64,000 nucleotides of DNA from Jeongeupia wiesaeckerbachi. GTDB taxonomy: Bacteria > Pseudomonadota > Gammaproteobacteria > Burkholderiales > Chitinibacteraceae. The position numbers were made by a program, and so were the translations under genes. The notes under the pieces are model-generated. The model was not told the origin of the DNA. It did not search any database and saw only the letters and a program-made list of their open reading frames with translations. Numbering within the stretch: position 1 is the stretch's first letter; each line of letters opens with the position of its first letter. This document shows, one piece after another, positions 1 to 10,543 of this stretch. The stretch is from the NCBI RefSeq assembly GCF_050916355.1, contig NZ_CP136946.1, positions 598,162-662,161 on the forward strand, given 5' to 3'.

Positions 1-305
1 TCTTCTGGACGATCCGGCTGCCGCTGATCCTGCCGACGCTGGGCCTCGTCACCATCCTGACCTTCGTCGGCAACTTCAACGCCTTCGACCTGATTTACGC
101 GGTCAAGGGCGCGATCGCCGGACCGAACTACAGCACCGATCTCTTGGGCACCTTCTTCTACCGCACCTTCTTCGGCTACCAGAGCCAGATCGGCAGCCCG
201 ACGATGGGCGCAGCGGTGGCGACGACGATGTTCCTGATCATCCTCTCCGGCGTCGGCGTCTACTTCTACTTCATCCAGCGCAAGCTGCAGCGCTTCGCTT
301 TCTGA
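1..305 (+). CDS. Carbohydrate ABC transporter permease (MalF/UgpA-like), 3' fragment; the 5' end lies outside the window
   Basis: In-frame ORF running to a TGA at 303-305. The hydrophobic C-terminus (...FIQRKLQRFAF) is typical of ABC permease subunits, and a second permease and an ATPase follow immediately downstream. Confidence 0.7.
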   Translation, partial: FWTIRLPLILPTLGLVTILTFVGNFNAFDLIYAVKGAIAGPNYSTDLLGTFFYRTFFGYQSQIGSPTMGAAVATTMFLIILSGVGVYFYFIQRKLQRFAF

Positions 306-315
306 GGATCGGGCC

Positions 316-1155
316 ATGAAACACAAAGTCACCCGCGCGGCCGGCACCGGCTTCACCCATCTGGTGCTCGGCGGCTACACGCTGCTGGCGCTGTTCCCCA
401 TCCTGCTCGTCATCATCAACTCGGTGAAAAGCAAGGAAGGCATTTTCGACTCGCCGCTGTCGCTGCCGACCGCCGAAACCTGGTCGCTGGTCGGCTTCGA
501 GAAGGTGCTCGCCAAGTCGCCGTTCATTCATTTCTTCGGCAACAGCCTCACCGTCACGCTGGTGTCGCTGGTGCTGATCCTGGTGCTTGGCGCGATGGCG
601 GCCTGGGCCTTGTCCGAGTACAAGTTCCGCGGCAGCAAGCTGCTGGCGATCTATATGGCTTTCGGCATCATGGTGCCGATCCGCCTCGGCACCGTGTCGA
701 TTCTTGAGCTGATCGTCAAACTCGAGCTGACCAACACGCTGACCGCGCTGATCCTCGTCTACGTGGCGCAAGGCCTGCCGCTGGCGATCATGATCCTCGG
801 CGAATTCATACAGCAGGTGCCGAAGGAATTGAAGGAAGCGGCGCGCTGCGACGGCGTCGGCGAGTTCAAGATCTTCTTCCAGATCATCCTGCCCTTGATC
901 CGGCCCGCGGTAGCCACCGTCGCCGTGTTCACCATGGTGCCGATCTGGAACGACCTATGGTTCCCGCTGATCCTCGCCCCGGGCGAAGAAACCCAGACCG
1001 TCACCCTTGGCGTGCAGCAGTTCATCGGCCAGTACGTCACCGACTGGAACGCCGTGCTCGCCTCGCTTTCGCTCGCCGTCCTGCCCGTCCTCGTGATGTA
1101 CGTGTTCGCCTCGCGTCAACTGATCCGCGGTATCACCGCGGGTGCAGTGAAGTAA
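316..1155 (+). CDS. Carbohydrate ABC transporter permease (MalG/UgpE-like)
   Basis: 279-aa polytopic membrane protein carrying an EAA-type loop (EAARCDGVGEFKIFFQIILPLIRPA). It sits 11 bp after the upstream permease and 17 bp before the ATPase. Confidence 0.85.
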   Translation: MKHKVTRAAGTGFTHLVLGGYTLLALFPILLVIINSVKSKEGIFDSPLSLPTAETWSLVGFEKVLAKSPFIHFFGNSLTVTLVSLVLILVLGAMAAWALSEYKFRGSKLLAIYMAFGIMVPIRLGTVSILELIVKLELTNTLTALILVYVAQGLPLAIMILGEFIQQVPKELKEAARCDGVGEFKIFFQIILPLIRPAVATVAVFTMVPIWNDLWFPLILAPGEETQTVTLGVQQFIGQYVTDWNAVLASLSLAVLPVLVMYVFASRQLIRGITAGAVK

Positions 1156-1171
1156 TCCGGAGTAAACAGCC

Positions 1172-2305
<1,134 letters not shown>

Positions 2306-2325
2306 TTCATCGTATCGACCTCAAT

Positions 2326-2358
2326 AAAAAAGCGCGGCCTCTCGGTCGCGCTTTTTTT
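2326..2358 (+). terminator. Rho-independent terminator of the ABC transporter operon
   Basis: Stem GCGCG...CGCGC flanked by an A-run and a T7 run (aaaaaagcgcggcctctcggtcgcgcttttttt). Confidence 0.7.
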
Positions 2359-2408
2359 GTATCTGTTAATGCACACATGCTCTTTCGTTGCCAGACACGA
2401 CAAAACCA

Positions 2409-2654
2409 CTAGTCGATTGGCGAACCTGCATTTTCTCGAATCAACTGCAGCACAAGCTGCTGGTCGCCAACGATGCCCTCGGATCCAAGGAACCTCGCGA
2501 CCTCCATACGACCATCTTCAAAGACATCGATTTCAACGCGTTCTCCAGCCAGCGTAAGCGTCACCAGCACGGTGTCATGGCGAAACCGCCCTAGTGTGAA
2601 GCTGACCCTCGCCTCTTCCAGCGTCGCGAGCAACTCAAAGAGAGAGTGACTCAC
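2409..2654 (-). CDS. Hypothetical small protein (81 aa, GTG start) in a low-GC patch
   Basis: ORF with a protein-like composition, but it has a non-ATG start, no clear RBS, and lies in a region whose GC content is visibly below that of the surrounding genes. Coding status is uncertain. Confidence 0.25.
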   Translation of the reverse strand: MSHSLFELLATLEEARVSFTLGRFRHDTVLVTLTLAGERVEIDVFEDGRMEVARFLGSEGIVGDQQLVLQLIRENAGSPID

Positions 2655-2660
2655 TGGCGG

Positions 2661-2966
2661 CTAGCTACGCTTGAACAAGCGCCGCGCCAGCAGCATCACC
2701 TTCCACGCGCCCAGCGCCACCGGCAGCATCTGTGCGATGCCGCGTACGCGGTATTTCTTGGTGAAGAGTTTGCTGGCCAGCATCAGCATGCCGCCGTTGC
2801 CCTGCAGTTTCTTCAGGATCGACAGCCACAGCAGTCCGCGCTTGCCCTGGGCCAGCGGGGCGCGGATTTCGGTCAGGCAGACGGCGATCTGCAGCCGGTG
2901 CGTTTCGGCTTCGAGCTGCAGCAATTGCTTGCGGGCCTCGCGGCCCTTGAGGCGCGGATCGCTCAT
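2661..2966 (-). CDS. YqjK-like small protein
   Basis: About 101 aa from the internal Met (MSDPRLKGREARKQLLQLEAE...). Its ATG overlaps the upstream gene's stop (ATGA). This is the third gene of a yqjD-yqjE-yqjK-like operon. Confidence 0.5.
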   Translation of the reverse strand: MSDPRLKGREARKQLLQLEAETHRLQIAVCLTEIRAPLAQGKRGLLWLSILKKLQGNGGMLMLASKLFTKKYRVRGIAQMLPVALGAWKVMLLARRLFKRS

Positions 2967-3352
2967 CGCAGGAAATGCTCCTTGTCGCGGCGCAGTTCTT
3001 CGATCGTCAGCGCGAACGGCGTTTTGGCATGGCGGATGCCGTTCCAGGCGAACCACAAGCTGCCCGCACCGAGCAGAAGGAAAGCCAGCACGAGCGCAAC
3101 CACGGTATAGACGCGCCAAGGCTCGGGCACGAGCAGGATCGCGCCAAGGGTGATCGCCAGCAGCGCCAGCAGCAGCAGGCCGGCACCGAGCACGCCGAGC
3201 ACCAGTGTTTTCAGCAGGCGCTCGCGCGCCTCCTCAAGTTCGATCGACAGGATGCCAAGATGGGCGTGCAGCAAACCCAGCGCGCTGCCGGCCAGCCGTT
3301 TGAGGACGTTGGGGTGGCCGGCATGTTGGCCGGCCGATTCGGTTTCGCTCAT
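2963..3352 (-). CDS. YqjE-like inner membrane protein (phage-holin-like family)
   Basis: About 129 aa from MSETES..., with two hydrophobic helices (LVLGVLGAGLLLLALLAITLGAILLV / VVALVLAFLLLGAGSLWFAW). It lies between the DUF883 gene and the YqjK-like gene. Confidence 0.55.
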   Translation of the reverse strand: MSETESAGQHAGHPNVLKRLAGSALGLLHAHLGILSIELEEARERLLKTLVLGVLGAGLLLLALLAITLGAILLVPEPWRVYTVVALVLAFLLLGAGSLWFAWNGIRHAKTPFALTIEELRRDKEHFLR

Positions 3353-3430
3353 GTATTGGACACGGGCTCGGAATAAGGGACGGGCACGATGCCCGAAACG
3401 CCGGCTTGCATGCAAGCCGGCGGAGGAGAT

Positions 3431-3778
3431 TTAGCGGCGCGACACCAGCAGGCCGAGCAGGAAACCCACACCTGCGGCGACGCCGACCGAGGTCCACGGG
3501 TTTTCATGCACGTATTCGTCGGTGACCTTGGCCGCGACCTTGGCCTTGCCGGCAACGAGGCGCTCGGTTTCAACCAGCTTCTGCTTGGCGACCGAAAGGT
3601 TGGCGGCGATTTTTTCACGCAGCGCCCGGCCCTGTTCGGAGCCATCGCTGGCGACTTCCTTGAGCATCGACTCGGTTTCCGCAAGTACATTGCGCAGATC
3701 GTCGATCAGTTCATCTTGGTTCAGATTCGCTTCACCATTGCTGGACATTCGCATTACCTCCTGAGAAATGACGGACAA
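3431..3778 (-). CDS. DUF883 family membrane-anchored protein (ElaB/YqjD/YgaM-like)
   Basis: 115 aa with a coiled-coil N-terminal region and the characteristic C-terminal anchor ...ENPWTSVGVAAGVGFLLGLLVSRR. Confidence 0.8.
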   Translation of the reverse strand: MSVISQEVMRMSSNGEANLNQDELIDDLRNVLAETESMLKEVASDGSEQGRALREKIAANLSVAKQKLVETERLVAGKAKVAAKVTDEYVHENPWTSVGVAAGVGFLLGLLVSRR

Positions 3779-3950
3779 GAACTGACAATAACCTAATTAC
3801 CTCATTCACCATTGTGGCTGACCGACAGCGAAACCCCAACCGTTACGATTACCTACAAAACGCCGGGAACCATGGCAAGCAAGCCGCGCCGACGCGCGTC
3901 GTCCGACCCTGTATAATTGCCTGTTTTTCACCGATTTTTCGCCGCCCGCC

Positions 3951-6785
3951 ATGAGCTCTGCTACCGAACCCACCGCCCTCGAACAGCTTGCCAAGAGCTT
4001 TGAACCGGCCGCCATCGAAGCCAGCTGGTATCCGCGCTGGGAAAGCGCGAATTACTTCAGCCCGAGCATGGACATGGCCGCGCCGTCGTTCTGCATCCAG
4101 CTGCCGCCACCGAACGTCACCGGCACGCTGCACATGGGCCATGCGTTCAACCAGACGATCATGGACGGGCTGACCCGCTACCACCGGATGCGCGGTGACA
4201 ACACGCTGTGGCTGCCGGGCACCGACCACGCCGGCATCGCGACGCAGATCGTCGTCGAACGCCAGCTCGACGCCCAGGGCGTATCGCGCCACGATCTCGG
4301 CCGTCCGGCATTCATCGAAAAAGTGTGGGACTGGAAAAAGCAATCGGGCGACACCATCACCGGCCAGATGCGCCGGATGGGCGCGTCGGTGGACTGGAGC
4401 CGCGAATACTTCACCATGGACGACAAGATGTCGACCTGCGTGTCTGAGGTCTTCGTCCGGCTGTACGAGCAAGGGCTGATCTACCGCGGCAAGCGACTGG
4501 TGAACTGGGACCCGGTGCTCGGCACCGCCGTCTCCGACCTCGAAGTGGTCAGCGAGGAAGAAGATGGCCATATGTGGCACATCAACTACCCGGTCGTGGG
4601 TTCGGACGAGTTCATTACCGTCGCGACGACGCGGCCGGAAACGCTACTCGGCGACGTCGCCGTGGCGATCAATCCGGACGACGAACGCTACCAGCACCTT
4701 TTGGGCAAGCAGCTCGCGCTGCCGCTGACCGGCCGGCAGATCCCGGTGATCGCCGACGAATACGTCGACAAGGATTTCGGTACAGGCTTCGTCAAGATCA
4801 CCCCGGCGCACGACTTCAACGACTATCAGGTCGGCAAGCGCCACGACACCAAGCTCATCAACGTGATGAGCCTGACCGCGACCATCCTGCCGCAGGCGCA
4901 GGTGTTCGGCTTCGATGGTTCGGCGTTTGATGCCATCGAACTGCCGGCGGCCTATGCAGGCCTGTCGACCCGCGACGCCCGCAAGGCGATGCTGGCCGAT
5001 CTGGAGGCCGGCGGCTTCCTGGTCGAAACCAAGAAGCACAAGCTGATGGTGCCGCGTGGCGATCGCACCGGCACGGTGATCGAGCCGATGCTGACCGACC
5101 AGTGGTTCGTCGCGATGAGCAAGGCCGACGAAACCGGCAAGAGCATCACCGACAAGGCCCTCGAAGTCGTCCAGAACGGCGAGGTGCAGTTCGTTCCCGG
5201 CGACTGGGTCAATACCTATTACGCGTGGCTCAACAACATCCAGGACTGGTGCATCTCGCGCCAACTGTGGTGGGGCCACCAGATTCCGGCGTGGTACGAC
5301 GCCGATGGCAAGGTCTACGTTGCCCGCACCGAGGCCGAGGCCGTCGCCCAGGCCGGCGGCAAGCCGGTCACGCGCGACAACGACGTACTCGACACCTGGT
5401 TCTCCTCGGCCCTGGTGCCGTTCTCGAGCCTCGGCTGGCCGAACGACACCAACGAACTCAAGGCCTTCATGCCGTCAAGCGTGCTGGTCACCGGCTACGA
5501 CATCATTTTCTTCTGGGTCGCCCGGATGATCATGATGACCAAGCACTTCACCGGCAAGGTGCCGTTCAGCCACGTCTACGTGCACGGGCTGGTGCGCGAC
5601 GGCGAGGGCAAGAAGATGTCCAAGTCCGAGGGCAATGTGCTCGATCCGGTCGACCTGATCGACGGCATCGCGCTCGAACCGCTGCTGGAAAAACGCACCA
5701 GCGGCCTGCGCCGGCCGGAAAAAGCCCCGCAAGTTGCCAAGAAAACCGAGAAGGAATTCCCGGACGGCATCCCCGCCTACGGCGTCGATGCGCTGCGCTT
5801 CACCTTCGCCTCGCTGGCGTCGCTCGGTCGCTCGATCAACTTCGACCAGAAGCGCTGCGAGGGTTACCGCAACTTCTGCAACAAGCTGTGGAACGCCACG
5901 CGCTTCGTGCTGATGAATGTCGAGGGCAAGGATTGCGGCCTCGAAGCGAATGCCGAGCTGGATTACTCGTTCGCCGACCGCTGGATCATCGGCAAGCTGC
6001 AGGAGGCCGAGAAATCGGTGACGCTGGCACTCGACACCTTCCGCTTCGACCTCGCCGCGCAAGCGATCTATGAATTCGTCTGGAACGAGTACTGCGACTG
6101 GTATATCGAACTGGCCAAGGTTTCGGCGCAGACCGGCTCCGAAGCGCAGCAGCGCGCGACGCGACGCACGCTGATCCGCGTGCTCGAAGTCATCCTGCGG
6201 CTCGTCCACCCGATCATGCCCTTCATTACCGAGGAGCTGTGGCAGGTTGTCGCACCGCTGGCCGGCAAGAAGGACACCGATTCGCTGATGATCGCCCAAT
6301 GGCCGGTCGCCGATGAAAGCAAGATCGACCTTGAGGCCTATGCGGCGGTCGACGAGCTCAAGGCCATCGCCTTCGCCGCACGCAATCTGCGCGCCGAAAT
6401 GGGCCTGCCGCCGTCAACCAAGGTGCCGATGTTCCTGGAAGGCGATGCATCGCTGGCGCGCTTTGGCGATTACCTGAAGTCGCTGGCCAAGCTGTCGGAA
6501 GTGAACGTCACGGCCCGCCTGCCCGACGACGATGCGCCGGTCGCCGTCGCCGGTACCACGCGGCTGATGCTCAAGGTCGAAGTCGACAAGGCCGCCGAAA
6601 CCGCGCGCCTCTCCAAGGACATCGCCAAGACCGAGGAAGGCCTGACCAAGATGACCGCCAAGCTCGAAAAACCGGGCTACATCGACAAGGCACCGGCGCA
6701 TCTGGTCGAGAAGGACCGCGCGCAGATCGCCGAGCTGAGCGACAAGCTGGCGAAACTGCAACAGCAACTCGCAAAGCTCAAGTAA
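3951..6785 (+). CDS. valS: Valine--tRNA ligase
   Basis: 944 aa with a class I HIGH motif ([14 protein letters not shown]), a KMSKS motif (KMSKSEGN), an editing domain and a C-terminal coiled coil. Confidence 0.97.
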   Translation: MSSATEPTALEQLAKSFEPAAIEASWYPRWESANYFSPSMDMAAPSFCIQLPPPNVTGTLHMGHAFNQTIMDGLTRYHRMRGDNTLWLPGTDHAGIATQIVVERQLDAQGVSRHDLGRPAFIEKVWDWKKQSGDTITGQMRRMGASVDWSREYFTMDDKMSTCVSEVFVRLYEQGLIYRGKRLVNWDPVLGTAVSDLEVVSEEEDGHMWHINYPVVGSDEFITVATTRPETLLGDVAVAINPDDERYQHLLGKQLALPLTGRQIPVIADEYVDKDFGTGFVKITPAHDFNDYQVGKRHDTKLINVMSLTATILPQAQVFGFDGSAFDAIELPAAYAGLSTRDARKAMLADLEAGGFLVETKKHKLMVPRGDRTGTVIEPMLTDQWFVAMSKADETGKSITDKALEVVQNGEVQFVPGDWVNTYYAWLNNIQDWCISRQLWWGHQIPAWYDADGKVYVARTEAEAVAQAGGKPVTRDNDVLDTWFSSALVPFSSLGWPNDTNELKAFMPSSVLVTGYDIIFFWVARMIMMTKHFTGKVPFSHVYVHGLVRDGEGKKMSKSEGNVLDPVDLIDGIALEPLLEKRTSGLRRPEKAPQVAKKTEKEFPDGIPAYGVDALRFTFASLASLGRSINFDQKRCEGYRNFCNKLWNATRFVLMNVEGKDCGLEANAELDYSFADRWIIGKLQEAEKSVTLALDTFRFDLAAQAIYEFVWNEYCDWYIELAKVSAQTGSEAQQRATRRTLIRVLEVILRLVHPIMPFITEELWQVVAPLAGKKDTDSLMIAQWPVADESKIDLEAYAAVDELKAIAFAARNLRAEMGLPPSTKVPMFLEGDASLARFGDYLKSLAKLSEVNVTARLPDDDAPVAVAGTTRLMLKVEVDKAAETARLSKDIAKTEEGLTKMTAKLEKPGYIDKAPAHLVEKDRAQIAELSDKLAKLQQQLAKLK

Positions 6786-6813
6786 GATTTTTGACGTTTT
6801 GTTAGTATGACAA

Positions 6814-6843
6814 CAGGCTGCTTCCGCAGCCTGTTTTCGTTTT
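6814..6843 (+). terminator. Rho-independent terminator after valS
   Basis: Hairpin caggctgcttccgcagcctg followed by ttttcgtttt. Confidence 0.7.
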
Positions 6844-6881
6844 CAGGCTGACGCCAGCCGCCTCTTGCTCCGGAGACCGAG

Positions 6882-7370
6882 ATGTTCCATCGCCCCCACC
6901 TCGCCCTGCTTACCGCCGCACTGCTGCTGGCCGCCTGCGCCAACCAGTCCGGCACCCAGACGTCGTCGGCACCGGCATCGAATGGCGGCAAGGCCGCGGC
7001 AAGCAACGGCGGCAAGACAGCGGCCCCGCAGGCCGACGCGTCGACACCCGGTGGCCGCAAGGTGATGTCGAAGGATGGCAGCTATGAGGGCGAGATCGTC
7101 GGCACGCCAGCGAAAAAGAGCAAGTTCGCCAAGCTGCAGATCGGCATGTCGCAACGGCAGGTCGAGGACACGATCGGCAACCCGAGCGACACCAAGACCT
7201 ATACCACCGGCAAGGCGTGGGTGCCGTTCTACTTCGGCAAGGATGCCTACCGCTTCGAGACCTACTACAAGAAGGAAGGCCGGCTGACCTTCGTCGGTGG
7301 CGGCATTTCCGGCACCAGCGGCAAGCTGCTGCGCATCACCGTCGACACCAAGGAAGACGGCTACCAGTAA
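6882..7370 (+). CDS. Lipoprotein of unknown function
   Basis: Signal peptide with a lipobox (LLLAACANQ), a low-complexity Ser/Gly/Ala linker, then a small globular domain. Confidence 0.6.
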   Translation: MFHRPHLALLTAALLLAACANQSGTQTSSAPASNGGKAAASNGGKTAAPQADASTPGGRKVMSKDGSYEGEIVGTPAKKSKFAKLQIGMSQRQVEDTIGNPSDTKTYTTGKAWVPFYFGKDAYRFETYYKKEGRLTFVGGGISGTSGKLLRITVDTKEDGYQ

Positions 7371-7583
7371 GACGTCGCCATTGGGCGACGGCGCCTTTTG
7401 CCCCCGCCCGTTGCGCCTCCCCCCACAAGGGGGCTCTCTCCAGGTCGCACCCTGTACTGCCGATGAGGCGTCCTCATGGACGCCCTGCCCGTTCCGATTT
7501 CTCGTCGGGCGGCGCCGAGCTGTCTTGGCTCGCCCGCCTTTTGGGATCGGCTCTAGGCCCGGCGTGCCCAGTTCGGCGCGAGG

Positions 7584-8126
7584 TCAGCGCAGTGACGCGG
7601 AAATATCGAGCCACAGCCCCGGCTGCTGCAGCGGATTCAGCCGGACATCGGCCTCGCTCAGCGGCCGGCGCGCCTCGTAGGCCCGGCCGTTGTACCAGAC
7701 CCAGTCGCCGCCGCCGTAGCGGTGACCGTCGCGCCAGCCGTCCGGACGGCGATGGCCGCTTTCCTCCCAGTGCCGGCGACGCCATGCGTCGTCACGGGCA
7801 TCCGGGCGCCACTGGCCGTCGTCGTAACGTGGATTCGGGTGGTACTGACCATCGTCATAGCGCGGATCCGGATGATACTGACCGTCGTCGTAGCGGCCGT
7901 GTTGCTGACGGCCGAGCGGCTGCCACAGCGACGCGGCATCGCGCGGATTCCAGTTGGCGCCACGATGCGCGTCGTGCCCCTGGATCGCCCGGTACTGCCG
8001 CCCCTGATAGCTGACGATGTCACCCGGCGAATAGTGGCGGCCTTCGCGCCATGTACCGGCCGCAGCCATGGCCGCCGTGCCGGCCAGCAAGACGGCAAGC
8101 AGACTGTTGATCAATCGCTGTTTCAC
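7584..8126 (-). CDS. Secreted tandem-repeat protein (PRYDDGQ(Y/W)xP repeats; possibly RcnB-like)
   Basis: A GTG start with a GGAG RBS gives MKQRLINSLLAVLLAGTAAMAAAG, a signal peptide. Near-identical repeats follow (GRYDDGQYHPDPRYDDGQYHPNPRYDDGQWRPD), and the C-terminus carries a W/G-rich motif (GGGDWVWYNGRAY). An alternative ATG start lies at 8156. Confidence 0.5.
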   Translation of the reverse strand: MKQRLINSLLAVLLAGTAAMAAAGTWREGRHYSPGDIVSYQGRQYRAIQGHDAHRGANWNPRDAASLWQPLGRQQHGRYDDGQYHPDPRYDDGQYHPNPRYDDGQWRPDARDDAWRRRHWEESGHRRPDGWRDGHRYGGGDWVWYNGRAYEARRPLSEADVRLNPLQQPGLWLDISASLR

Positions 8127-8191
8127 TCTGCGGCTCCGGTGGAAAGGGAGCGCCATTGTGCCTGCTCCTGCGCGGCAAGGCAGTGAGCTGC

Positions 8192-8485
8192 TTAACGCAC
8201 TACCACCTCGCGCCGGCCGAAAACCGCCCTTGTCCAGCGGCGAACACTGGCCGTGGCGCGGTGCAGGCGGCCGCAAGGGGCGCTGCTGCGCCAGTACAGG
8301 CTCGCCGGTTGCAAGGCCTCGATCAGCAGCGCGCCACCGCTCAGGCGATCGCCCGCGCTCAGTACGATATCGCGCCCCTCGTCATCGGTGGCCCAAAGCA
8401 CGCCCGAAGCAATCGTCAGCTCCAAAGCATGAATCCGGATCACGGATCCCGCATCCAGCCTGCGGTGTTGCCTTGTGTTCTGCAT
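8192..8485 (-). CDS. DUF2917-like small protein
   Basis: About 97 aa from MQNTRQ.... It is divergent from a LysR regulator, the usual context for DUF2917. The upstream in-frame extension lacks an RBS. Confidence 0.45.
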   Translation of the reverse strand: MQNTRQHRRLDAGSVIRIHALELTIASGVLWATDDEGRDIVLSAGDRLSGGALLIEALQPASLYWRSSAPCGRLHRATASVRRWTRAVFGRREVVVR

Positions 8486-8589
8486 GATGTGCTCCTTGGG
8501 CGCCGTTTGCGCCTTTTCTGTTCTCATGCCAAGATTTTCGGCAGCGGCAGGCCACGCCACAAACGAGCATTTCTCGCCGGAATCACGAA

Positions 8590-9513
8590 ATGGATTCACC
8601 ATTCAAAGCACCTGGGAAATTGCCATCGCTGCCGGCGTTGCGCGCCTTCGAAGCCGCCGCACGGCACGGTCATTTCGGCCGCGCCGCCGACGAGCTGTTC
8701 GTCACGCATGGCGCCGTCAGTCATCAGATTCGCGCGCTGGAAGACACGCTCGGCTTTGCGCTGTTCAGCCGCGACGGCCGCGGGGTCAAGCTCACCGCCG
8801 AAGGCCGGCAGCTGGCGGAGACGCTCAACACCAGCCTGTGCCGGATCGGCGCAACGATCGCCGAACTGCAGCACGAGCGCGAGCGGCCGCGCGTGGTGCT
8901 GACCTGCCTGCCGTCGTTCGCCGCCAAATGGCTGACGCCGCGGCTCGGCCGCTTCATCAATCGCCATCCCGAGATCGAGATCTGGATCCGCTCGACCAAG
9001 GCGCGCGAGGATCTGCTTGCCGAAGGCATCGACCTCGGCCTGCGTGTCGGCCCCGGCGGCTGGCCCGGGCTGTATTGCGAGCCGCTGATGCGCGACGCCT
9101 TCGCCGTCGTCGCCAGCCCGAATCTGCCCGGCGGCCTGCCGGCAGAGCCTGCCGATCTTGCGCGCTGGCCGCTGCTGCGCTCGTCGATCGAGCCGTGGCA
9201 CGACTGGTTTGTCGCGGCCGGGCTGGATTGGCCCGAACCGCAAAACGGGCTGGTCTTCACCGACTCCGGGCTGCTGGTGCAGGCTGCGCTCGACGCCCAG
9301 GGCATCGCGCTCGCACGCGAGGTGCTGGTGCACGACGATCTGGCTGCCGGCCGGCTGGTACGGCTGTTTCAGACCACGCTGCCGATGGTCGGCGCTTACT
9401 GGCTGATATCGCCATCGCCGCCGCCGTACCGGCCCGCAGTAGCGACCTTCGTCGACTGGCTGCGCGAGGAGGCCGCACAATCGGGCTACACCTACGGAGA
9501 CACCCCTGCCTGA
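8590..9513 (+). CDS. LysR-family transcriptional regulator (GcvA-like)
   Basis: N-terminal wHTH (LPSLPALRAFEAAARHGHFGRAADELFVTHGAVSHQIRALE) and a C-terminal LysR substrate-binding domain. Confidence 0.9.
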   Translation: MDSPFKAPGKLPSLPALRAFEAAARHGHFGRAADELFVTHGAVSHQIRALEDTLGFALFSRDGRGVKLTAEGRQLAETLNTSLCRIGATIAELQHERERPRVVLTCLPSFAAKWLTPRLGRFINRHPEIEIWIRSTKAREDLLAEGIDLGLRVGPGGWPGLYCEPLMRDAFAVVASPNLPGGLPAEPADLARWPLLRSSIEPWHDWFVAAGLDWPEPQNGLVFTDSGLLVQAALDAQGIALAREVLVHDDLAAGRLVRLFQTTLPMVGAYWLISPSPPPYRPAVATFVDWLREEAAQSGYTYGDTPA

Positions 9514-9871
9514 TCGTGACGCCCTACACCGCGGCGTTCGCCACGCTGCTGTGCGACAGCCACCGCCGACCGACCGGCCGCGATCTCGTCGACCCCACGC
9601 TGTCGTCCGGGCGACGCCAGCGGTTACCGTGGCCTGCGTATCGCCCAATCGGGGCGGTGCTTCTGGATCGAAAACCTCACCGTCTGGCGTCTGCTCGACA
9701 AGCCGGCGCAGCCACGTAGCGGCGCATCACGCCCGCCGGCGTCCGCGGGGCGACGCACCGGTAGTCGGTCGATCCGACATGCAGCTCGCCGCCAGCGGCA
9801 ATCGGCGCTAAGACGGTAGAACCGGCGCGTGTCGTCCTGCCTGCGCCGCCGAAGTATTCGAAGACCGCCGA

Positions 9872-10531
9872 ATGGCCAGCCTCCCTCCCTCCGCCCGCTC
9901 ATGGGCACGCCACCTTGAACTGCTGTTGGGACTGACAGCATGGTTTGCCGTGCTCGCACGCCTGGGCCTGACCGTATCGGCCGAGCTGGAACAGGGGCAC
10001 TCACTGGTTTTCGCGCTGTCGCGCTTCTTTGATTTTTTCACCAATCTGAGCGTGCTGCTGCTGGCGCTGGTGCTGTCGGCGGCGCTGCTGGGCCCGCACT
10101 GGCGGCTGGCCCGCTGGTTGTGGCGGCCGGCAGTCCGCGCGGCCAGCCTCGTCTATGTGCTGGTCGTCGCGATTGCCTACGAGCTGCTGTTGCGGCATCT
10201 GTGGGCACCACAGGGGCTGGAGTTCGTCGTCGACCTGTTGCTGCACGACATCCTGCCCGCCGCCTACCTGTGCTACTGGCTCGGCTATGCGCCGGTCGGC
10301 ACGCTGCGCTGGCGCGACGCGTTCCGCTGGCTGATCTACCCGGTGGCCTACTTCGGCTATGTGCTGATCAGCGGCTGGGCGCTGTCGCGCTATCCCTATC
10401 CCTTCGTCAACGTCGCCAGCCACGGCTACGGCCCGGTGCTGTGGAACGCCGCGGCCTTTGCACTTGCCTTCATCTGCACCGGCCTGCTGATCGTCGCGCT
10501 CGACCACCGGCTTGCCCACGCACGCCGGTAG
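9872..10531 (+). CDS. Polytopic membrane protein (Pr6Pr/FAR-17a-like)
   Basis: 219 aa with six predicted TM helices and a conserved YPYPF motif. Confidence 0.55.
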   Translation: MASLPPSARSWARHLELLLGLTAWFAVLARLGLTVSAELEQGHSLVFALSRFFDFFTNLSVLLLALVLSAALLGPHWRLARWLWRPAVRAASLVYVLVVAIAYELLLRHLWAPQGLEFVVDLLLHDILPAAYLCYWLGYAPVGTLRWRDAFRWLIYPVAYFGYVLISGWALSRYPYPFVNVASHGYGPVLWNAAAFALAFICTGLLIVALDHRLAHARR

Positions 10532-10543
10532 CCGCCGGATCTT

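Noticed and set aside
7217-8014. 265-aa plus-strand ORF overlapping the secreted repeat-protein gene
   Set aside because: Arg/Pro/Ala-rich low-complexity translation with no RBS. The minus-strand gene has a signal peptide, an RBS and a repeat structure.
9514-9871. Gene-free ~360-bp stretch after the LysR gene with several short ORFs
   Set aside because: No ORF has an RBS or protein-like composition. It is probably a regulatory or terminator region for the flanking genes.
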